Shown one piece after another: positions 1-12,219 of a stretch of DNA of 64,000 nucleotides. A program made the position numbers and the translations under genes. The DNA comes from Saprolegnia diclina VS20. Lineage: Eukaryota. Numbering within the stretch: position 1 is the stretch's first letter; each line of letters opens with the position of its first letter. Location of the stretch: positions 153,286-217,285 of the forward strand of contig NW_008246076.1 in assembly GCF_000281045.1 (NCBI RefSeq), given 5' to 3'. The notes beneath the pieces are model-generated. The model searched no databases, was not told the DNA's origin, and saw only the letters and a list, made by a program, of their open reading frames with translations.

Positions 1-181
1 GGTACTGGTCGAGGTTCATGGCGACTTGGAATTGGCGCGCGGTCGGGAGGGCGTCCATGAGGCCGCAGTTGCCACTCGACGGATCCATGCCGTCGGCGGG
101 GCCGTTGAGCGAGGCCTTGCCGGTGTAGATGTCGGCCATCGCAAGGCCGAGAAGTGTTGTCAACGAAAGCAGGACGCGCAT
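1..181 (-). CDS. Secreted expansin-like / RlpA double-psi beta-barrel protein, 5' part only (runs off window start)
   Basis: Not in the ORF track. Reverse strand from ATG at 181 reads MRVLLSLTTLLGLAMA-DIYTGKASLNGPADGMDPSSGNCGLMDALPTARQFQVAMNLDQY: a signal peptide followed by the YTG...SGNC..M...VAMN.DQ pattern of oomycete expansin-like proteins. Confidence 0.7.
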   Translation of the reverse strand, partial: MRVLLSLTTLLGLAMADIYTGKASLNGPADGMDPSSGNCGLMDALPTARQFQVAMNLDQY

Positions 182-999
182 TGTAGCAGATATATGGAAG
201 CAAAGACAAATTGATTTATGGTGCGTTGGCTCGACGGTCGATCGTAGGGCTTCGAGACGGAGATTCTAGCGACCCAGCTGTTTGAATACGACGTCTGTAT
301 GGTTGATCTCTGAAAAAGATGCGTAAAAAAATGGTCTGTCGACGCCTCCAAAGACCAACATTGTCTCATAATCTTCGGTTGTGCATCGTGCAAGCTTGCC
401 ATCTATTCCAGTGACGCGATGCTTGGCGCACCTTGTGCGCCTACTAGGTGCAGCCGGTTGATTACCGTTGGGAGGGAGAAGTGAAGAGCGACTGCCTGCT
501 TTTGACTTGTTTCCCTTCGCGATCAAGCAGCAAGCTATCTGTGTGACAGGCCACACAACCAGGCATCGTATGCACAATAATGTATGCGCAGTACTGGCAG
601 GATAGCTATCTTATTTATAGCTGATTGTGGAGAGAACTCACTCTTGACTGAGATCTTAGAGCTAAACTCGGAGGCATTTCATAGTCAAGGATATGGAGGA
701 CAATGCTAAAATGTTTTGGTGCATTCATATCGCAGATCGTGGGGCGCGCAAGACTTGTGATCTATGACGACAACCGCAAGGAGTTTTTCTTTGGTGGAGA
801 TTCCGCTCGACATGCTCATCCACCATTTTCAGCGACATTTTCCCGCATTTTAAGTTTTGATATTGCGGCTGCCCGGGCAAACATGAATTATTACCTAGGC
901 TACATCATAAAGTCCACATTGTATAGCGTGCACTTCGCTTCGCCCATCGCAGAAGTGTATTGGAATTTATTTACTATGAGATTGACTCAGCTTACTAGA

Positions 1000-3900
1000 C
1001 TAGACGCTTGCGAGCGGAATGGCGCCGCGCACGCGGGCCGGCAAGGTTGCGTGTTTTCCGTCACGCTCCACGCGGAGGTACCGCCACGTCTTGACGTCCA
1101 GCAGATGTAGCACGCCGCTGTGTTCCCATGACACGACGCCTGCAATCAGCGCCGACATCTTGTCTAAAAACACGCCACCTTCATGGTGTGCACTGTGGAG
1201 CATGAACATGCATTGCGCATTCAAGAGGAGCGAGTTTGCGTGGTTGGGAACAACCCGTGGGTGCACGAGCCGGGCAACCGTGTACGAGACCAACGCAGCG
1301 ATCGCGCCGATGCCGTAGCCGACAAACATCCGGGTGACATTGCCGATCTGAACACTGCCGCTACGACAGTCGATGGCAAAGTCCATATCAATCGCAGTGC
1401 ACGATCGGTGTAGACGTGCCACATGCTGTTGTGGCCACTGGACCGTCCAAAGAATCGCTGCGAGCCACGCTGCATTCGTGCTGTGGGACGAGTAGAGCGC
1501 CGTATACTCTTGCGTGACGCAGCTGAATACGTCGTTGAGGATAAAAACACTCCACGTTAGCTCGGACGCGGCAAGGACCGTGTTGTACCACACCAAATGC
1601 GGGGACTCAAACCGCGTGAAATGCCCGTGGGTCTGCACGAGGAAGAGAGGGCTCGTGTTGAGGAGCCACACGGCCGTGAGACTGCGAACGAGCAAGAATG
1701 GCCGTCCGATCCAGACCAAGCCGCCGAGACGCGTCAAGACCATGAGATTGACCGTCTCGACAAAACCGCGGTGCCAGAGTGCCGTCAATATCGCACCCGA
1801 CGCTAGCGCAATGAGCACCACCGTAATGTACTGGACGCACCCTTGGCACACGAGCGAGAGACTATGTGCAATCGCGTCGGGGCTCGGTGAGATTGAGTCG
1901 AACGGCAGCGGTGCTGAGAGGGCCGTGATGCGGCCGACGTCACCCTCGTACATGACAACTTCACGGACACCGGTCGCCCATTCATAGAGGAGGCACCAGC
2001 CGTAGTATGGCCAACCGACTTCGGGTGCGAGAATGTTGATTGCAAATAGAAAGACTTCACCCGATGTGGCGTTTTGGAGGTACTGGACGAGAGACACGTT
2101 GTGCGCGTCGACAAGATCGTACACGAGTGTGGCAGCTGCGTGAAGCGGGTCAAACACTTCGGGATAAGTGGCTAGAAGCCCCCAGGTCTCTAAATAGTCG
2201 CTTGCGCACGAAGCTGTCGCGGAGGTGTCCAGGCTGCAGATCGCGTCCATATCAAGCACCCCGACGTGTGCGCTGTAGCCCAGTAACGCAAAGAGGAGCT
2301 GTGAAGACGTGGGCTGCATCAGCTCAGGAAACAAGGCGTAGCACATGCTGGAGGTACCGAAGAGCGTAGCGATCCCATACATGAACGGATACGGCGGCGC
2401 GTCATTCCCACACATGAGACGTCCCCCCATGGACATGAGCTCCTTGCTCTGCGCCAAGAGACTCCCCGGCACTTCAATAATGTAGGGTCGAGCTGGAAGG
2501 TTCGAAAACAAAATCGCTGCGCTTTCGTTGGCGACCAAGAGACGCGCGAGGCTGCCCGTAAAGTTGGCGTAGAGCGCCGAGAGCGACGACGGCACCGGCA
2601 CATAGATCATGTCGACATTGCCAAATGGTCCAAGATGCGTTTCCAAGCTCACGAGGCCTGCGTTCAACGGCGGCACGAGCGTCAGGTTCTGGAACAACAC
2701 CGCAATCGGCGTCGTGTTGGCGTAGGCGAACATCGGACTCTGGCGCACGAGGCTGGCCCTCCCGAGCAGTGTCGCGTTAGTCGAAATGGCCCAGAGGTCG
2801 CTGGCAAAGCTCCAGTACATGCGCATCGAGTTTTGCTGCGTGAGGTGGTACGCGCCTGGCGTATTGCTCAGCGGCAGCGCATACTGCAATCCCAGTGCAT
2901 TCTCAATGTAGAACGCATCCGAGAAGCCCGTCGTCTTGAAGTTTTGCCACTGCAGCGTGAACCCAGCGACGCCGGCCTGGCGCCAGTAGGCCGCTTCGTC
3001 GACGCAACTTCTCGCATTGCTTTGAATCGCACGGAGCCAGTCGCGGCCATCGACCGACGTGGCGAGCGCCGTCGCAATGCCCACCTCAAACGACGTGCCC
3101 CAGCACTGCGTCCAGTCGTCCCAGCGCATGACGTTGCCAAGGCTCGTCTCCAAATAAACGGCGCCATTCGACACATACCGCGAGCGGCACCGCGCTTCCC
3201 GCGCAGACGAGCTCGCGAGCGACCAGCGCCGACCAAGGTCGACAAAGCAGTATTGCGTAAACATCCACGGCAAGCGGCACGGATCCATGCGCCGGAGGTT
3301 GGCGACGACGTCTTCCAGTGCAACGTCAGGCGAGAAGAGCTGTCGCCGCGCGGCGTGGCCACTGACGCGAATGGCGCCAACGCTGAGGTTGTATAGCTGC
3401 GAAGTGTCGGCAAAAGCGGGGTCGTTCAGCATGAATCCATCGTCAAACGAGTGGGTCAGGAGCCGTCGATTGAAGAGATTCCCGAGAAAAGCGTACGTGC
3501 CCGTGGCGTTGAAGCCCGCCCAGCCATAGTCGTTGGCGAGATTCGACTGCGCAACGCCCAAGTAGGCCACATTGCTAAAAAGTGAGAGCAGGAGACTCGG
3601 AATGCCCATGTATCGGCGAACGCTCTGGTACGTGCGAGCGATCCACGCCTTCGAGCGCGTCGGTGGCGGAGAATGGGTGGACGGTGTTGCATGAGTCTGG
3701 ACATGCGGCAAAACAAGCGACGTTGTCGTCGTGCGCCGGTGCAGCACCGGCGTCGCAAAGCCAAAGGACGCGGACGGGACGAGGAGCCATGATTTCATAT
3801 CGAAGAGGTACATCTTGCCTCGAAACTCAAAATGAAAGAGTCCGCAGCACGCTGAGGTGAGCGCATCCAAAGCCGTGTGGGCAATGTTGGGCTGGCGCTC

Positions 3901-6252
3901 GTGGAGGAAGGCGACGGCGGCCACGGGTAGCACGAGCGACGGGACTAGTCGAGCGCTGGGCATCCCAAGTGGCACGATCGGAATTTTCTGGGATTTACAG
4001 CACAGAGCGAGAAGCGCGCCGCTCGCGACGACACTGATGGGCAAAAATACAAGGAAAAGTGTCCGTTGAACGGTGCCAACGTCGACAGTGCCGCTGTTAC
4101 AGTAGACCATTTCATCCACATTGATAGCCAAGCACTCGCGGCGCAAGCCCGAGCGGAATGGAAGCGGCGCGAGCTGCGTGGAGCCAACGAGTAGGAGCCA
4201 AGCGACGAGCGAGGTCAGAGACGCGTACTGATGCGTCCTCTTTTGCAGCACCGGGTGCAAAATGTCATGTGCCAAATAGGTCAGCCAAAGCACTTCGCCC
4301 GCGAGGAGACACGTCGTGACGAGCGACTTGGTCGAGGCGTGCAGTGCGTGCGTCATCGACAACTGGCTCTGAACAACAACGTCGGTCGTCGCCAAGCCAA
4401 TGGTCGCAGCGACGCTGCGGCCCGCGAGGATACTGCGGCTCAACCACACAGGTCCCAAAAGCCGATGCAAGTAAAACCACTCGGTGTGCAAAGGTCGATG
4501 GTAGAGCCCGAGCAAAAAGAGCACGCTAGCGACAACAAGTACACCGATCGTCGTGATGGCAGCGCAGCGATAGAGGTACGCACTCAAGTCGGTCGAGATC
4601 GGTGTTGGCGATAACATTTGACGCGCGTACTGCTTGGAGATGAGGGTCAACGTTGTCGCGTCGCCTTGGAAAGCGACAGCTTCTCGATCATCGTGAACCC
4701 AGTCGTAGAGGTAGATGCCGCCAAAGAAGGCAAAGGACGGGTCAAGCAGCGGCAGTACCTCGATCGTCGGTTGACTGCTGTTGACGCTGAGAAACTGCAT
4801 GAGACCGAGAGACGACGCGATCGGCGCGGGCTTGACCACGTAGCTGAGCTCGGCAAACGCAGCCGACAAGGCCGTGAATGCACTCGAGCACAAGCTCTCT
4901 TCTGTATGTGCGACTTGGCGGCAGATCGACGGGCCATACGCCGTCGGCGTCACCGCCATGGCAAAGAGACTCGACAGTGGTGCGAACGTCAGCGTGAGTG
5001 GTCGCTGGGCCGCGCAAACATCGTCAAAACCAAACGATTCTTGCACGAACGGAAGCGGTGCACCAAACGAACACATGGGGTTGCCGCCATAGAAGCGGTA
5101 GCTCAGCTCTTTCCACGGCTCGGGTGTCAATGTCATTGTGAGTGTCGGAAGGGCCGCAAGTAGCGTTGGGAAGGCAGGGTTCGAAGCGAGGGCTGTTTGA
5201 ACCGCGACATGAAAGTCTTGCACGGCGGCGCGCAGCGGTGATGGCACCGGCAGCCACATCAAGTCGATGGACGTGAGCTGCCCGAGCTCGGCGTGCAGCA
5301 CGGTGCTAATGAGGTTGAGGGGTACGCCGTTGTTGTAGTCTTCGAGTTGGTTGGGATGCGAATGGCCAAAAAACGCGGAGCTATTGCGCACGAGACTCTG
5401 GTTGGGCTGGAGGGACGCAAAATCGGTCTGAAGGCCCGCAAACAGGTAGATTGTTGTCCAGAACGATCCACGGCGGACGCTCGGAATTGTTTTTAGTGCC
5501 AAGCGTGGGGTCTGCCCCAAAGCGTTGCCAATGCCAATGGTCTCGAGCAGTCCTGTCTGGACGCGGTTGGCGTACTGGAGCTGAAAGATCCAGATCTGGT
5601 ACGACGACCAGACGTCGACTTCGTCTAAAATCGCAAGCGGCGCGTGGGCATGCAGTGCTTCGACCCACGCAGGACCGTCCGCAAAGTCCTTTGCAATCGG
5701 CTGTGCAATGTGCAGGTCAAACTGGCTCCCAAACGCATCGTACCAAACGGCAAAGTTGACATTGCGCAGGATCGCTTCGAGGTACACGGCGCCATTTGCC
5801 CCATACCTTGTGGCGCACCGCGTTGCGCGCACGGCCGTGTGAGCGAGGCTGTAGCGCTGGCGCAAGTCGGCCCAGCAGTACCCACTCATAAGGTACGTGA
5901 GGTCCGCCACGTCGTACGACCGGAGACTTGCAATTGCATCGGCGGGCGCTTTGAGCTCTTCATGGACGATGCGCCGGGCGTACGCTGCCCCGATGCGAAC
6001 GTCTCTTGACGGCAACAGCACGACATTGATTGGGTTCAAGAGGTCGAACGTAGCGTTGGCGGCCATGAGCGATAACTGCGCATTGAATATCTGCACGAGC
6101 GCGGTCGAGACGAGGCTCGTCGCAAAGCTCGGCCAGAGGTAGTCGTTCTCGAGGTACGGCTGCATGGCCGACAAGGCGAGAAGGCTCAGCGCGACACTGC
6201 CGAGGAAGTAGAGAGCTCCGAGGCGTTCCCGTACGAGGTCCAAGCGAGCCAT
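1000..6252 (-). CDS. Very large intronless multi-pass membrane protein built from two homologous halves (oomycete-expanded family, function unknown)
   Basis: 1806-aa ORF 1000..6420; likely start MARLDL at 6252. Paired motifs LENDYLWPSF / LANDYGWAGF, YCWADL..YGANGAVYLE / YCFVDL..YVSNGAVYLE, LFDMKSW / LLDVKTW, each half ending in several hydrophobic helices. Confidence 0.85.
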   Translation of the reverse strand: MARLDLVRERLGALYFLGSVALSLLALSAMQPYLENDYLWPSFATSLVSTALVQIFNAQLSLMAANATFDLLNPINVVLLPSRDVRIGAAYARRIVHEELKAPADAIASLRSYDVADLTYLMSGYCWADLRQRYSLAHTAVRATRCATRYGANGAVYLEAILRNVNFAVWYDAFGSQFDLHIAQPIAKDFADGPAWVEALHAHAPLAILDEVDVWSSYQIWIFQLQYANRVQTGLLETIGIGNALGQTPRLALKTIPSVRRGSFWTTIYLFAGLQTDFASLQPNQSLVRNSSAFFGHSHPNQLEDYNNGVPLNLISTVLHAELGQLTSIDLMWLPVPSPLRAAVQDFHVAVQTALASNPAFPTLLAALPTLTMTLTPEPWKELSYRFYGGNPMCSFGAPLPFVQESFGFDDVCAAQRPLTLTFAPLSSLFAMAVTPTAYGPSICRQVAHTEESLCSSAFTALSAAFAELSYVVKPAPIASSLGLMQFLSVNSSQPTIEVLPLLDPSFAFFGGIYLYDWVHDDREAVAFQGDATTLTLISKQYARQMLSPTPISTDLSAYLYRCAAITTIGVLVVASVLFLLGLYHRPLHTEWFYLHRLLGPVWLSRSILAGRSVAATIGLATTDVVVQSQLSMTHALHASTKSLVTTCLLAGEVLWLTYLAHDILHPVLQKRTHQYASLTSLVAWLLLVGSTQLAPLPFRSGLRRECLAINVDEMVYCNSGTVDVGTVQRTLFLVFLPISVVASGALLALCCKSQKIPIVPLGMPSARLVPSLVLPVAAVAFLHERQPNIAHTALDALTSACCGLFHFEFRGKMYLFDMKSWLLVPSASFGFATPVLHRRTTTTSLVLPHVQTHATPSTHSPPPTRSKAWIARTYQSVRRYMGIPSLLLSLFSNVAYLGVAQSNLANDYGWAGFNATGTYAFLGNLFNRRLLTHSFDDGFMLNDPAFADTSQLYNLSVGAIRVSGHAARRQLFSPDVALEDVVANLRRMDPCRLPWMFTQYCFVDLGRRWSLASSSAREARCRSRYVSNGAVYLETSLGNVMRWDDWTQCWGTSFEVGIATALATSVDGRDWLRAIQSNARSCVDEAAYWRQAGVAGFTLQWQNFKTTGFSDAFYIENALGLQYALPLSNTPGAYHLTQQNSMRMYWSFASDLWAISTNATLLGRASLVRQSPMFAYANTTPIAVLFQNLTLVPPLNAGLVSLETHLGPFGNVDMIYVPVPSSLSALYANFTGSLARLLVANESAAILFSNLPARPYIIEVPGSLLAQSKELMSMGGRLMCGNDAPPYPFMYGIATLFGTSSMCYALFPELMQPTSSQLLFALLGYSAHVGVLDMDAICSLDTSATASCASDYLETWGLLATYPEVFDPLHAAATLVYDLVDAHNVSLVQYLQNATSGEVFLFAINILAPEVGWPYYGWCLLYEWATGVREVVMYEGDVGRITALSAPLPFDSISPSPDAIAHSLSLVCQGCVQYITVVLIALASGAILTALWHRGFVETVNLMVLTRLGGLVWIGRPFLLVRSLTAVWLLNTSPLFLVQTHGHFTRFESPHLVWYNTVLAASELTWSVFILNDVFSCVTQEYTALYSSHSTNAAWLAAILWTVQWPQQHVARLHRSCTAIDMDFAIDCRSGSVQIGNVTRMFVGYGIGAIAALVSYTVARLVHPRVVPNHANSLLLNAQCMFMLHSAHHEGGVFLDKMSALIAGVVSWEHSGVLHLLDVKTWRYLRVERDGKHATLPARVRGAIPLASV

Positions 6253-6692
6253 CGTGACGTTGTTTGGTGGCGAAACACGGAACTGCAACGGCCACCGCTT
6301 CGAGCCCGTTTGGCGCCACAGAAACGCTCGATACGTTACCTTTGAGCGATTTGACATTCCTGGTGGGGATGCCACGAGCCTGGAACGTATTGACGTAAGC
6401 GACAGGCGCGTCTTCTTCATCTTTGGGAGCTACGGAAACAAACAGCCCGAATACAATCAAAGAAGAGAAGACCGAATGATCCATGGAGACGTGTCCGACC
6501 CATGTGCTACCGGTCGTTCACTCGTGCTTCGTCTCAAACTCGACATGCGGCCTCCACCACGGGCTGCTCGATCCAAGTGCTATTCTGCCATTCAATTCAA
6601 TGCATGGGACTGCTCGTACTTTTGAACGACGATTTTACATCGTATTTGTCTATGAGGATATAAACACACTAGCCTATTCAACGAAAAATGCA

Positions 6693-7936
6693 CTAGGTTG
6701 TCGCCGCCGCTTTCTTGGCCAGCGCTTTGGTCGCCTTGGCGGCGCTGGCATTGGTCTCGACCGGGTTATTGGGCTCGTACGCAGCCGTGATGTACTCGAG
6801 ATCGACGATGCGCTCAGCGACGACCTTGAGCACGTTGCTCATGTACACCATCGTGTCGGACGACTGGTCCGTCACGGGCGGAATTTTGCCGCCCAAGCTT
6901 GTGCGACACCGGTTGTAGAGGTTCTTGATCGCCAAAATGATCTGCCCCGACTCGCGCGACCGGTCGTTGTACGTGCGATCGTCGCGGCCACGGTCCAAGT
7001 CGAGCTGGAAGGTCTCGCCGCGAATGCGTTCCAAATGTTGCTGGTGCCTACGGTCGATTGTCAAAATTTGTGTGTGGTCCCACATCTACCCGTGGATTTC
7101 GCTGTTTTGCACCAAAATGTTGTTTTCCATTTCGGTTTTGAACGTGCGCAGCTCTTGCCGCAGTCGGTCAATCTAGTCCCAAGTTTATCATCACATTTGA
7201 TCCTCTTGGCGGGGATAAGGTACCTGCGACTCGGCGCTCTGCACCTGCACCTGGAGGTCCTTGTTGGCGTCGACCAAGGTCGCATACCGGTTCAGAATGT
7301 CGGCAATCTCTTCGTACTCTTGCTCGGACGCCTCGACCGCGCTGTCCAAGTACGTGCGGTACTTGAGTAGCTGGTCGCGCTTCTTCTCCAGCGCCTCCCG
7401 CTGCGAGACGTCCTTCTCATACTGCGCAAACAGCTGCTTCTTGCGCACGTCGTTTTGCTCGCTCGATCGGTGCTCGGTCTTGGCCTTGAGCTCGGCGCGC
7501 GTCCGCTTCGAGTCGTTCTCTTTGATAAACTTTTCAAACTTGCTCACTTGATCCCGCATTTCTTGCTGCTTGCGCTCAAACTCGCGCTGGCGCTCGGCAC
7601 ATGACTCGACGCGCTGCGCGTACTCCTCCTTCATAAATTCGAGCGCGTCGTTGACTTCGCGGAGCTCCTTGCGCTTCTTGAGCAGTAGCGTTGACTGCGA
7701 CATCTACGCGCAGCCTCATGAGCCGCGAAATGGCACAAGCAAGACGACAAACCAGCGAGACGCCCGAGACGAGCGGCTCGAGCTCCGCGAGCTCTTTCGT
7801 GGGAAAATCATGGCTGCAAGAAGACAGTCAGCGACGAGGAGAGGGCGGCGCTGTATGCGTACCCTCGGAGCTTGGTCTCGGTCAAGAAGACCGAGTTGGG
7901 CGACCCTGGCGTCGGGTTGGTCGAGTCCACCGACAT
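6693..7936 (-). CDS. CCDC42/CFAP73-family (DUF4200) flagellar coiled-coil protein, multi-exon
   Basis: STLLLKKRKELREVNDALEFMKEEY...KFEKFIKENDSKRTRA pattern. Two upstream exons (MSVDSTNP...KLRG, HDFPTKE...GVSL) splice in frame through GT-AG introns to MSQST; 3' exon ends at 6693. Confidence 0.8.
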
Positions 7937-8128
7937 GCCCGACAAGATTGGTTTCGATTCGTCTCGCGCGCGTTTGATTGGCCACACGTTGGTCCAACCG
8001 CCAATCACATTGCGAGATCGCACCTATTTTTGAACGGAATGTACGATTTAGTGCAATTCCTGCCACTCAGATCTTAAATGCACTTGTCCTCGTCGCCGCA
8101 CAATAGTATATATCAAGCGCATGAGACG

Positions 8129-9844
8129 CTACGACTCTACACGCTGCAGATCATAAAGGAGCGCAATTGCTGTCGCCACGACAGAGCTATCGTCTCCGTG
8201 TGTCGTCGCGAGCCTACCGCACAACGTGGCATCACGACGCGATTTAGACTCTTAAATCATCAACGTACAAGGAACAAGCTTCTTGGACCAGCCGCAGCGC
8301 CTCGTCCTTTGCATTGGGGTTGGCGAGATGCAGCGCTTGCGCATACTTGAGAGTCGTGAGACCCCGCAATGGTGCGAGCTCCGGGCCATAAAGCCATGTA
8401 AGCCCGTCGAGCGCTGTCGCGTACAATGTGAGTGCCAATGACGTCTGAGCTGCGTCTCGAAACGCTGCATTCTACCACAGAATATACATCGACAAGGAGC
8501 CAAAGCTAGCCGAGAAGGTTCCATCGCACCTCGGCACTCATGATCAAGTTGGCGAGCGTCTCAGCGCCTGCGATATTGTCCGCGTGGTATTTGTGGTACG
8601 ACGCCTAGTCGATCCGAACGATCATACCAAGTACTTTTAGCTAATAAAGAGCACGAGAGAACGGACCTGCGTCAGTGCATAGGCGCGTTGCCGACATGCT
8701 ATCGCCTCTGGTATAGCCTTGCGCCTAGCCGTGCGTTCGTGAACCTGCAATTTCTATGCGCCACAAACTGCTCCGCGCTGTCAGCCGCTTGGATCGCGCG
8801 TTGGACGAGGCGGGGTGTCACGTTGTCGTGCTCAATCACGGTCAAGCAGATGGGACACGAGGACGTTGCCCCATCAACATCGGGCTCAAGGCAGCCAGCG
8901 CAGCCGCGTCGACTGCACCCACAGCCTTCCAGCAAGTGTTCTTTTTTTGCCCAGCACGACCCCGACCCCTAAGCAAGTAGCCATCAGCACCCAGTGAACC
9001 AATGGCTACCGTGTACTTGGACGACCACGCAGCGAACGCAGTCGCAGTGGAAAAAGTACGAAGTTGCGAGTTCGAGTCGGCGCACACTTGTGGGTGCAAC
9101 CAGCTCCGTGTAGGCAATCTAGTACCGACAGTGGGTGAGCAGCTGGTTGAAGTCGTGCTGGAGCTTCAAGGAGCGTCGACGCACCGTGAGTTCGTCGCCC
9201 CGCGAGATCGGTCGCAGCGCGCGCAGGTAAAGGTCGCGGCCGCAAAAGGTCGCCACGCAGTTGGGCACGCACGCATGGTTGTACGCCGCCGCCAATGGAT
9301 AAAAGCCAATACCGAGAGGCACTTGCTCGGGCGAGCAGACAGTGAACGCGTTGCAGTTGAGCATCGCAAAGGTCAAGAGGAGGCGGTGCATGGACGGCAA
9401 CGTATCTGCGACGTTGGTCGCGCCAAGGATCTGCAGCACGAGCGCACTCATGTCGCGGTAGCGCTGAATCGCGTCGGGTGCGTGCGCGTCGAGGTTGGTC
9501 GCATAGTCGCTCGGGTCGATGGCGCTATAGTGGAGGCGCGCCGCCAGCAACACAGTCGGCGTCGGTGACGGCCCGGCTGCCGACGCCATGTACGGCGCGA
9601 GGTACTTGCACTCGGGTCCGTGCGACGACCAGTCGGCGCGCTGGCAGTTGCGGCTGCAGTACTTGAGCAGCTTGCAGCGGGCGCAGCGCAGCGCGGCGGG
9701 GGCAAAGCAATGAGCGCAGGTCGCACCCAGGTCGAGCGGCAACGACGCAGTAGCCGTCGTACGAAGCACAAGCGTCCCGGCCGGGATGGGCACTGTCGCC
9801 AGCGCGCCAAAGCCGCGGCCAGCCACCGGCGCGCGCTCCCACAT
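8129..9844 (-). CDS. SET and MYND domain (SMYD-type) lysine methyltransferase, multi-exon
   Basis: GRGFGALAT SET start, MYND zinc finger CAHC..CARCKLLKYCSRNCQRADWSSHGPEC, catalytic YNHACVPN, ELT, post-SET YFFHCDCVRC, and a helical C-terminus ending LQRVES* at 8129. Confidence 0.9.
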
Positions 9845-10905
9845 TATTTTGTCGGCCAGCAGGAATCCACCCAATCCAGTGGGTGGCCGGTTGATTGGCA
9901 CATTGCAGTTGATATCCGGATACGTCACGTTTTTACCATATCTGTCTCAAATGCATTGGGATTTGTCGGGTGTGTCTCAGCTCCATCACGGAGGTGCCAC
10001 ATGGAACATGGCGAGGTTCAACAAAGGACGCCCCGCATCGTTTGTCCTCAGCGCAAAGTGTTTGGTTTGCATCCTGTCTGAAGTTTCTAGGCTTAATGCA
10101 CCGCGGGCTGCCGCTGCCGTAGGACGTAGTACCCGCCATCGCTTCTCGAACGAGTACTACTACGTCAAGACGGCAAGACGGCAAGTAGCAAGAAGGCAAG
10201 CCGTCGTGCGACCTCAAGATGCGTGCTTCTTCAAGCGCGACACGTATTACGACGCAAAGACGATGCGCACCGCAGCCAGCTCCACTACCATCGCTGAACC
10301 ATCACGTTGAATCCAAAGGGGGGACAGAAGCACGAGTCGCCCACCGCTCTCGCTGCACGTATATCGCCCTACCTGAGAACAGATAGCATGCTTTTCCCTT
10401 GCAAGAGGCGGTGCGAGGGGATCAAAAGCAAGAAGCAACGCCGTTCTTTCGACGTACGAGGTCGGACGACGACTTGTTGACGCAGCATGGTGGCGCACGG
10501 TGTCAAGGTGTGCACCACAAGCGGGGCCGTCCGACGACGACCTGACGTACGCGCGGTCGCACACGGCAGAGCTGGGAAAGTGCGAGTACTGAATATGCAG
10601 CCAACGGCGCACCCAGCCACTGGATTTATGCCTGCCCAGGTGGTTGATTTTTCGAGCACGCACGGTCGGGCATACAAATACGCTGCTAATTTCTGGCAGG
10701 AATCCCATGGCGACGTTGAAGTTGATCGACAGCTGCGCACTGCACAAATCCACGTAAATCAACGGCAAGTATTGCACACGCTTGCAGTTTGGCCACGAAA
10801 CAAGTCTTTGCCAGTGGCGCCAGTGCCCTTCTGATAGTTAGTTATTGGAAAACGAACCGTTTTTTCATTTTCGGAACTTCTGTCTCACTTCTTATTTGGC
10901 ACCGT

Positions 10906-12219
10906 ATGACGACCACCAACCCGTACCTCGGCTGCCTCGGCGTCGTCCTCGCCGTCGTCTTCTTCGGAACGACGTACGTCCCTGCCAAGCAGTACCCGAC
11001 CTACGACGGCATGGTCTTCCAGTGGTACATGGTACGACAATCCATCTCTGCGTGTGCTCATTGCATCCTCTAGTGCTCGGGCATCCTCGCCGTCGGTCTC
11101 ATGTGGGGTCTTATCTCGAACGAGTGGAGCTACATCGCTGAGAAGGGTACGAAGACGACAAACGACTCGATACGAGCGTGCCTCTGACCGTGTGCGATAG
11201 GGATGTTTATGTTTCCCGGTGGACTCCTTGGCGGCTGCCTCTTTGCGATCGCCAACCTGTTGATCCCGACCGTTGTCAACACGCTCGGTCTCGGCGTCGG
11301 CTTTATGCTCTGGAACGGCGCCAACATCACCATGGGTTACGTCGTGTCGCGCTACGGTAGGCGCGCAAAAGTTGAGTTTGCACTTGACCACTAAGATCGT
11401 ATAGGGCTCTTTGGCGTCGATCCGACGATCCCGACGTACCCGCGCATCTCGGAGCTCGGGATCCTCTTCATGATCGGCTCGATCCTTGTGTACGGCAAGA
11501 TCCAGCCAACGCTCTCGTCGTCCGCATCGGTCCAGCTCGAAAACCAAAGCTCGACCGAAGCCAAGCCGTTGATCGACAAGTCGTCGCCGGCGTCGTCGAC
11601 GTCGTCGGCGCTTGATCTGGACGTGCCGGCGCTGCGCCGCGAGTCGCTCGCCCAGTCGCTCATGCACCCGGAACTGCCCAACTATGGTCCATTCACGATT
11701 CCAAACGAACGCGTCGAAGTGGTCGAAGATGGCTCGGACGAGAAGAAGCGCCGCGTCGTGGGCATTGCGCTGGCGCTCTTTGTCGGGTGTCTCCTCGGCA
11801 ACTGCCTCACGCCCTATGTGCTCTGGCAGCAAGCGTGCAACCAAGCCGGGAAGGACTGCGACCCGCTCAACTTTTTGTTTTCGCAATGCATGGGCATCTA
11901 CATCACGTCGACGATCGCGTTCCTCCTCTACTCGACCGTGCATCGCATCCGGAAGCGCCGCATGCCCCGCAGCGCGCTCCGCCCGGCGTACGTCTCGGGC
12001 TTGCTCTGGGCGACAGGCCTCGCGGGCCAGCTCCTCTCGGCCGGCAACCTCGGCTTTGATCTTGTCTATCCACTCACGGCCATCGGCCCCGCGATGGTGT
12101 CGATGCTCTGGTCGGCGGTTTACTTTAAGGAGATTGAAGGCCGCCGCAACATGTGCATTCTGGCCGCCGGCACGTGTATGATCTTTATTGGCACCGCCCT
12201 CCGCGTCTATGCGAGTTAA
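10906..12219 (+). CDS. TMEM144: Transmembrane protein 144 family (DMT-superfamily putative carbohydrate transporter), 4 exons
   Basis: VVFFGTTYVPAKQYPTYDGMVFQWYM, LGLGVGFMLWN..GYVVSR, FLFSQCMGI, PAYVSGLLW, GP..VSMLWSAVYFKEIEG motifs; short GT-AG introns near 11031, 11147 and 11357. Confidence 0.88.

Noticed and set aside
10008..10310. Short plus-strand ORF MARFNKGRP...AEPSR divergent from SMYD
   Set aside because: No recognisable motif; cannot be distinguished from a chance ORF.
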